Part shown: positions 29,301 through 34,908 of the stretch, piece by piece | Layout of the letters: the number at the start of each line of letters is the position of its first letter | How positions within the stretch are numbered: the first letter of the stretch is position 1 | From: Trichomonas gallinae | Lineage: Eukaryota | DNA: 34,908 nucleotides | Assembly (NCBI GenBank): GCA_008369845.1 | Contig: MRSU01004418.1 | Location: forward strand, 1-34,908 | Direction of reading: 5' to 3' | The notes under the pieces: generated by a model | Database searches by the model: none | What the model was told of the DNA's origin: nothing | Seen by the model: only the letters and a program-made list of their open reading frames with translations | Program-made: the position numbers and the translations under genes

Positions 29301-31041
29301 TCATTCTAGAGACTCGTTTACCTTTTTCATCGAAAATGTGGTCTTTAAGATATCTTGGGAATTTGTTGACGACACTTCTGAAGCTGACATCAACATTGAA
29401 GTTCTTGCCGTCGCCAATTAATTCTGCTATAACACTTTGTTTGACAGCCATTTCGAATTCGCATTTGCACTCGATCAAAAAGTTCGCGTATTCGTTTGCT
29501 ATTCTCAAGTTGTTTGGATTATTGGCGATACTGGCCTTGAAGAATGAGTCAACATCATTCAACATGATACTTAGTGATGTCAAGAAACCTTCATCGCATG
29601 ATTGTTTTTCCCAAAAGTTTTTGATGATGTTCTTGCAATGTTCATTTCTCAGCCTGAGTTTGTTGAACATTTCTAATGTGTCTTTTGTGTCTGAAATTAA
29701 TCTCTTTGTCTTGATTCTGTAAACTTGGTAAACCAAGAATCTGTCTGTGATGTTAAGATTCCTCTGCGATAAGACTTTTCTGTATAAAACGCCCATTTTT
29801 CTCGACTCTGATGGGAAAAATGTGACAATTTGCAAAAGGATCGAAACTGCTGACTCTAAGGTGCCTTTGTTGATGATATAGTCTGTAAGTGAGCCATCAA
29901 TGAAGTAATCGCAGACTTTCGCGAGTCCAACAACGATGTACATCATTGCATTTAATGAACTTTTTCCAATCTTCAGTTCATCGAGATATTCTTGAACATC
30001 TGTTACTTTTTCATCATATGTAAGCTGAGCCTTGATTTTCTTGGCAATTTGAGTGAAATAAATTGAGGCACATATATAACTTACGACAACTACGATAATG
30101 TATACAAATATTGTGTATCTGTATGGAAGGTTATCATCTGCCCACAAGACAATGAAGTTAATATCAAGAGCAATTGTTGTGATACCATATGCAAGGCAAA
30201 TTGCGTTTCTCCAGACTTCGTAGAACGGAATAAATGTTATTCTATAGCATATGTACAATGTGATCATAATATGAATTATACCTTCAATAACTAAGATCCA
30301 ATCTTTGAAATATTCAAAAATTGCAGAAAGAATAGAAAATATTGTCATTGATAGGACCCATGTGGTTATTGATACATGGTCAAAGAGTGGGAAGGCTAAA
30401 TTTGTTAAAACTACTGATCTTGATTTCAAATAAGTGCTAACTTGGAATATTGTCATTAATATTGCGAATGCAACAGCGCCTACAACTATTTCTATTACGA
30501 ATACATGTGAATAGCCGTAATTTAATGAAGTAATTCCGTGATTTATAACATAAACGGAAGGCATGATGAATAAAGGATCTACAATGTCTAAAACGAATGA
30601 TGTAACATAGAGCAATAACTTGGGCACTTGATAGAACCTTTTATTGTATAAAATCATCAAAATTATCCAAATTATTGAAAAAACTGCAACAGCAATTGTT
30701 ATTATGACACTTACACCATCAGCTCTAGTGAAATTCAATGGGTCCTGAAATGCGAAGATTTCAATAAGAATATCGTAAAACTTTCTCCAATTTCCTGATG
30801 TTCTTCTAAAAACTGGAGTGTAAACCCATAGTGAGACACTTAAGATCTGATTTAGGAGGAATATAGCTACTGTGGACATAACCCAGCTTGGGAATTTCGT
30901 TTTTTCCATAATCTGATCAAAAATTGGAAAGATCTTATCAACGGTTCCATAGCTTCCTTGGAGTAGTGCGTCAATCTTATTTGCTACAGTGGATGTAGTA
31001 CTTGCACTACTCATGGAACGCGATACGGAAGCTTCAGTCAT
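26341..31041 (-). CDS. Multi-pass transmembrane adenylyl cyclase with PAS domain and single class III catalytic domain
   Basis: 1566 aa; several TM clusters; PAS (CIFITNSSSVIEIVNKSVSENLGLSPDQMLGQ); FIDIVKFS, KIKLIGDVYM, FDIIGDPINVAARL supply both metal Asp, the ATP-selecting Lys/Asp and the Asn/Arg pair. Confidence 0.95.
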   Translation of the reverse strand: MTEASVSRSMSSASTTSTVANKIDALLQGSYGTVDKIFPIFDQIMEKTKFPSWVMSTVAIFLLNQILSVSLWVYTPVFRRTSGNWRKFYDILIEIFAFQDPLNFTRADGVSVIITIAVAVFSIIWIILMILYNKRFYQVPKLLLYVTSFVLDIVDPLFIMPSVYVINHGITSLNYGYSHVFVIEIVVGAVAFAILMTIFQVSTYLKSRSVVLTNLAFPLFDHVSITTWVLSMTIFSILSAIFEYFKDWILVIEGIIHIMITLYICYRITFIPFYEVWRNAICLAYGITTIALDINFIVLWADDNLPYRYTIFVYIIVVVVSYICASIYFTQIAKKIKAQLTYDEKVTDVQEYLDELKIGKSSLNAMMYIVVGLAKVCDYFIDGSLTDYIINKGTLESAVSILLQIVTFFPSESRKMGVLYRKVLSQRNLNITDRFLVYQVYRIKTKRLISDTKDTLEMFNKLRLRNEHCKNIIKNFWEKQSCDEGFLTSLSIMLNDVDSFFKASIANNPNNLRIANEYANFLIECKCEFEMAVKQSVIAELIGDGKNFNVDVSFRSVVNKFPRYLKDHIFDEKGKRVSRMKSSGGSQMSNDQSSMKSTSISSSLSVDFERQEVVCKKILRDSKVRLAFHSAVGETSPKQSKLILFQIFVNFVAVTVFFVAFTAYLRSRLSWRRQSYQDLMTSSYSIFYNIVSNIYTLTSFAVQTHRASDNESILGDISIDKTIVTPLIPDNLNDVQRIYYTMNLSRNYMELFIENIVELAKEANPYEIAPIFLDSLTDFVVCSNATPAATVKSSLKGQLVTIDYLENSLAGQFSDGVKIDNIYQNNDYCQIASNLHTLVENSDETFQTILNFNINKSKDYHKEFYSWMVIGSVVIVLAISVSSMLIIASYNRMVKKMLKVLLSLPNADKEDAKKQLMLEYEDSSNLTTSTTISKSYIMTILPIFYFIFLAAIIVVFILLCKHSIDLNNEVTQLLTWFHYSCQRIIYASQIGNNIVQIILLNDSLPQEILNISQLYKSVREDLDSLLNANNILIYGNSQVKRTVGYDEEFDNIQLKPICDLGRDPYTIHDMYACSGIDAQIQIFKNMVVDVLNNADKYEGNLNSLVAANLIHLLRYHFYPDVMKATVRLAKLMEERYDSGMQMASIYVGLGFVFLIFELVLPVFFRKFVNDNYRVLMMLFQRLPPQTILNSKEILEFFTGRKRSAEEKMSTAKLIVYDANECIFITNSSSVIEIVNKSVSENLGLSPDQMLGQQIANFVLDADQQKINQQIDSMVNGQGPLICQDHISLLDEDALPIPFAMTMIGMKDNNDQVSSIVFIMINEQEEIQKRKEAEEAKAKSEKLLYQILPKNIVVRLNGGETDISFTIPSATIFFIDIVKFSAYASLLTPTEIMSNLSLVFATFDKIVAKYDLITKIKLIGDVYMAAAGLFMEDGSDPQKHADQAVRCCIECSKSLDEINAKLNASLEVRIGCNSGGPLIGGVLGTDKPTFDIIGDPINVAARLQSTDVPGNVQISEDTKNLIENLDYNIEQRGEVFLKGKGNRMTYFVSLAQKNEPEGSFILNLEGK

Positions 31042-32478
31042 AGATTTTGAAAAATTTTTCTCTATTGAAAACGAAATTTATCAAAAACAGCCCTTTATAG
31101 ATAAAATAACGATATTGTTAAAAGACTTTAATCAAATTTTCGTTATTTTCAAAATTTTGAATGCGTTATGAAAATTGCTTTGTACGTTTTAATATTTTGT
31201 TGCATTTAGTTTAAAGATTAATCTTTTCAATTTACAAAAATAATTTAATAATCTATTCAAAATTTATTTCGCTTTGAAAATTTTATTTCATAAAATTGTG
31301 ACAATAATATAGGAAATATCTTTAAAAACAAATTTATCAACAAAGCAAAATTCAATGAATTTTATTTCAATGTTGAAATGAAAATTTTTTATTTTGTTGA
31401 CACATCCATGCATATTTTAGCTAAATGTTTCATATGTTAAAATTTTGCTTTCCCCATCTACTCAACAGAAAATTTTAATAAAGACTTTTGAAAAAATGAT
31501 TTAAAAATCCGTTAATTAAAATGCCGAAGATATATTCTTTATATTAGAAAATAAATTATACATTTCATTCTGATAATGACACAGCGTCAAGTTATCGGCA
31601 TACAATTGAAAATTTAACATTTTTATAGTTTCATTCTAAATATCATAAGGTATCTTTCACTTTGTTTATGTAAAAATTTTCCAACAGAAAACATTTTAAT
31701 CATCATTGAAAAATGAATCATTTTAAAGAAAAGTTGAATAGCTTCTAATAATGACTTATATGATAAGAGTTATTCAAAATTGTTGATTGGAAAATTTTAA
31801 ACGATCAGTAATTGTTGAAATAGCTGCCCTATAAAGGAACGGAAACAAACTCAATTGTGAAATTTCCTAAATCTTATTTCAGTTTATCATTTCATAATTT
31901 GCTCTGACCAATTTCAATAATAATACGTCCATTATTCTATTCTATTTGTATTAAAATTGAATATCAATTAGAGAGTTAATAAGAGCTTGTTTTGAAAATT
32001 CAAATCAAAATTCTTTTTCAAAATCAGCCATAAACGATCAAACTACATTATATAAAGCTTTAATGTTATATTCAAAGTAATTACTTCCTTTAACTTCAAT
32101 GATATTAAAAATTCACGTAAATTTTCGCCATTTCTCAACCTTATGGGCATCACAAAACATAGTATTAAATAAACTACTTAATTAAGATTCATACATATAA
32201 TTTCAAGTCTCTATCTCCAATTTTCGTTTTATTTATCAATCTTTTTCAGATTATTGACTTTTTGTATTATTTTAAACTAGATTTAGAATATATAAATCAA
32301 GAGTGACTATTTACATAAGAAGCTAATCAGTATCTTATATTTTTGATGATCATCAATAATTTTTTATTCAGACTTTTAATAAAATTGATACTATTCTTTA
32401 ATTTATATATAATGAGTGTATTAAGAATTATTAAGATATTTGCTAAAATTCCAATATACAATATTTTTTATTATTATC

Positions 32479-34125
32479 TTAGAGCTTGTACAAGCTAACA
32501 TCAATGGTTTCGCCATTGTATGTGCAGCTGCCGCGTGTGGCATCACTATCCCAAACGATGTTGTTATCTTTGTTGAATGTGACTGTGAAGTCAGCCTTTC
32601 CTTCATTTTCACCCTTGGCTGTGAGGTTGATAGTGTAGACAGCAGTACCTTTAGTTCTATCACTTGTGAAATTGATTGTTCCATCATATGTTGTCTTACC
32701 ATCATCAGAGAAGTTTGTATAGTTAGCTGTGCGAGCAGATCTTGAATAGGCAACAGAAATTTCTCCAGATTTGGCTCCTTTAAGGATACCTGATACATCT
32801 GTTGTTGTCAACTTGAAGTATTCGCTTGGGTCAATAGCGTAATCGATTTTATCTGGTGTTGCCTGCGTTTCAACCTTCTTCTTTGGTGTGTAACCAGAAA
32901 TGATAACTTTTTGAATACGCTTCTTGCCGCGAGTCTCATTATTCTTTGAAATTTCCATCCAAATGGCACGTAATGATGAATAATGCCATGAAATTGGAGA
33001 TGCGAAAGACCAATCTGGATCTGTATTCAAATTAATGCCCATATATGACTTGTCGTTGATAGACTTGTTCAATTCTATGAGTACTGGACCGATGTTGCCT
33101 GGAAGTGTGGTTCTAACATTAGTAACTGCGTGACCATAAGAATATTGGTTCATTGATGATGTTACAATGAAGCTATGTGGGATAAACATATGACCGAATA
33201 TAGCCATGTTTGTGTGCGGCGAGAATCTTGTTGACATTGAAATTCCTAATTTCTCATCTGGGCTCATAATTGTTGTTTCATCATAGCCAGGCTTGTTAGT
33301 GATTGAGTAGAGTTCATCTGTTGACAAGCCTTGGAAAACTGAGCGTGCCAAACCAGAATCTCCACCACCAGCAAGTGTTAAAGCGAGACCGCCGTTTACG
33401 AACTGCTTAATCTCACCACCACGAATTGGGTTGAGCTTCAAGTAGCCTGTGGACTCATCTTTAGTAACGAAAGTGAGTGAAGAAATGATTTTGTGATTTA
33501 TTAATTTATATTTGTCGCCAGATTTAACGAGATCGGCGATGAAGTTGACGGCACCAATCTTTATGTCCAACATTGTCCAAGCGAGCTTCTTTGAGTCCTG
33601 AGAAACAACTGGTTCTGACCAAATTAAATATGTTGTTGATGCATTCACGAATTCTTCTGGGTAAATGATCTTTTTGAGTGTGGCCTTGTTGTCACAGTCT
33701 TGGAGCTCTTGATCGCATTCCAGAATATAGTCGCCAAGGAGAATGCGCTTGTTATCTGAGAAAGGAATATCTCTAATACCATTTGCTCTGTAGACAGCCT
33801 TATATGTTCCTGAGTATACATCATGGAAATTCTTGCCGTTTTCGTCCATCACAGCGGCGTGGTATTCAGTTTTATTTTTATCGGCAAAATAATGCAAGAA
33901 AATTCTACCATTTGGTAAGTAATGAGCATCTTCAGCGTTAACATTGCTTGGAAGATCGACTGTTTTTACTAATACCTTGATTTTACCTGTTTTGCCAATT
34001 GTGCAGACTAAAACTACGACGACAATTGCGCAAACAACTGCAGCAATGGCAAGGACGATGTATAGAGTCTTATGGCTATGTGATGCCTCCTGCTGCGGTT
34101 CCTCGTTCAGAAGGTCGTTCTGCAT
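32479..34125 (-). CDS. Type II membrane protein with TolB/WD40-like beta-propeller ectodomain; resembles the saponin hydrolase family
   Basis: TM at about residues 21-43; propeller turns (YLPNGRI, PFSDNKRI, VSQDSKKL, MSPDEKLG); C-terminal beta domain with NYTNFSDDG. Family resemblance is from memory only; the CDS itself is secure. Confidence 0.7.
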   Translation of the reverse strand: MQNDLLNEEPQQEASHSHKTLYIVLAIAAVVCAIVVVVLVCTIGKTGKIKVLVKTVDLPSNVNAEDAHYLPNGRIFLHYFADKNKTEYHAAVMDENGKNFHDVYSGTYKAVYRANGIRDIPFSDNKRILLGDYILECDQELQDCDNKATLKKIIYPEEFVNASTTYLIWSEPVVSQDSKKLAWTMLDIKIGAVNFIADLVKSGDKYKLINHKIISSLTFVTKDESTGYLKLNPIRGGEIKQFVNGGLALTLAGGGDSGLARSVFQGLSTDELYSITNKPGYDETTIMSPDEKLGISMSTRFSPHTNMAIFGHMFIPHSFIVTSSMNQYSYGHAVTNVRTTLPGNIGPVLIELNKSINDKSYMGINLNTDPDWSFASPISWHYSSLRAIWMEISKNNETRGKKRIQKVIISGYTPKKKVETQATPDKIDYAIDPSEYFKLTTTDVSGILKGAKSGEISVAYSRSARTANYTNFSDDGKTTYDGTINFTSDRTKGTAVYTINLTAKGENEGKADFTVTFNKDNNIVWDSDATRGSCTYNGETIDVSLYKL

Positions 34126-34493
34126 TATTTTTATGATGATCCAATTTTTTCAAATCGACAAAATTTTGACCCAAATGTTTAGTGGAATGTTTCCGTTCGT
34201 TCATTAAAATTCGTTTCACGATCATTTGTCAACTCCATGTAAACAAATTTTTGGCATTCTTAGGTTTACAATTCCAGTGATCGAAATTTATATGACAAAT
34301 TTTCCCGCGAAGATTTTACATGACAATAATGTATATGTATATGTATATGTATTCCCACTCGTTTTACACGAAAACGCGTATCTCGGAATTGTCCGAACGA
34401 AATTGGCTCAAAACTTGCATATATCATTATATTAATGAATAATGGCAAAGTTTGGAACAAAAATACATTTCTATCGTCATTAGTACATCTCTT

Positions 34494-34711
34494 TAAATTT
34501 CCAAGATTTCCTCATTTTCACCAACTTTACATGGACCTTGCATCATACCATCTCACCACCACCTGCATATAAGTATCTTCTCCGTAAGCAGCAACTTGCA
34601 TTATCCCAGGACCGATTCTGCATCTAGCAAAATGTCACTTTTCTCTGCTTCAAACAAGAAAAATCCTTGCGCAAAAGCGTCACTTTTAGCGCCATACGAG
34701 ATTCCTAGTAT
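34494..34711 (-). pseudogene. Possible degenerate coding fragment (Gly-containing), frames interrupted
   Basis: GC-richer island; pieces ILGISYGAKSDAFAQGFFLFE and YAGGG in different frames with stops. Confidence 0.25.
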
Positions 34712-34908
34712 TATAAGTATTAATTGTAAAATATTCGAATTTTAAAATTTGAAAAACTGAAGTTTTATACATACCAAAAGCATATATAGAGCTAGTATGA
34801 TAATATATTTGTTTTTGAGAAATTATACATGATATGATTGTGATGAATTAAAGTCAATTCCTCAGATTTTTGTTTTGATATTATGGATAAGTTCATATAT
34901 GTATATGT

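Noticed and set aside
34330..34352. (GTATAT)n microsatellite
   Set aside because: About three units of simple sequence with no supporting context.

Overview
AT-rich, intron-free eukaryotic DNA with short, dense genes. The content points to a trichomonad (parabasalid), most likely Trichomonas vaginalis or a close relative; this is an inference from a BspA-like TpLRR surface protein, a transmembrane PAS-adenylyl cyclase plus a decayed paralog, tandem R2R3 Mybs, and TCA(Y)(T/A) initiators just upstream of ATGs. Left half (about 0.5-16.3 kb): CK1, glucosidase II beta-like, acidic LRR, ankyrin-like, FlK-type thioesterase, a head-to-head single-Myb/ADAT1 pair, AP-1 gamma-adaptin, TAF8-like, BspA and Sel1-repeat genes. 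Right half: two near-identical tRNA-Leu genes with different anticodons (CAA/TAA), two related ~320-codon open frames lacking a 5' AUG, a collapsed cyclase pseudogene, two Myb paralogs, an intact 1566-aa cyclase and a type II membrane beta-propeller protein resembling saponin hydrolases. The best candidate for something undescribed is a clustered, often ~20-bp-phased upstream motif, TG(A/C/T)CA(C/T)GTAAA, in five promoter regions. All calls are by eye; no database search was run.
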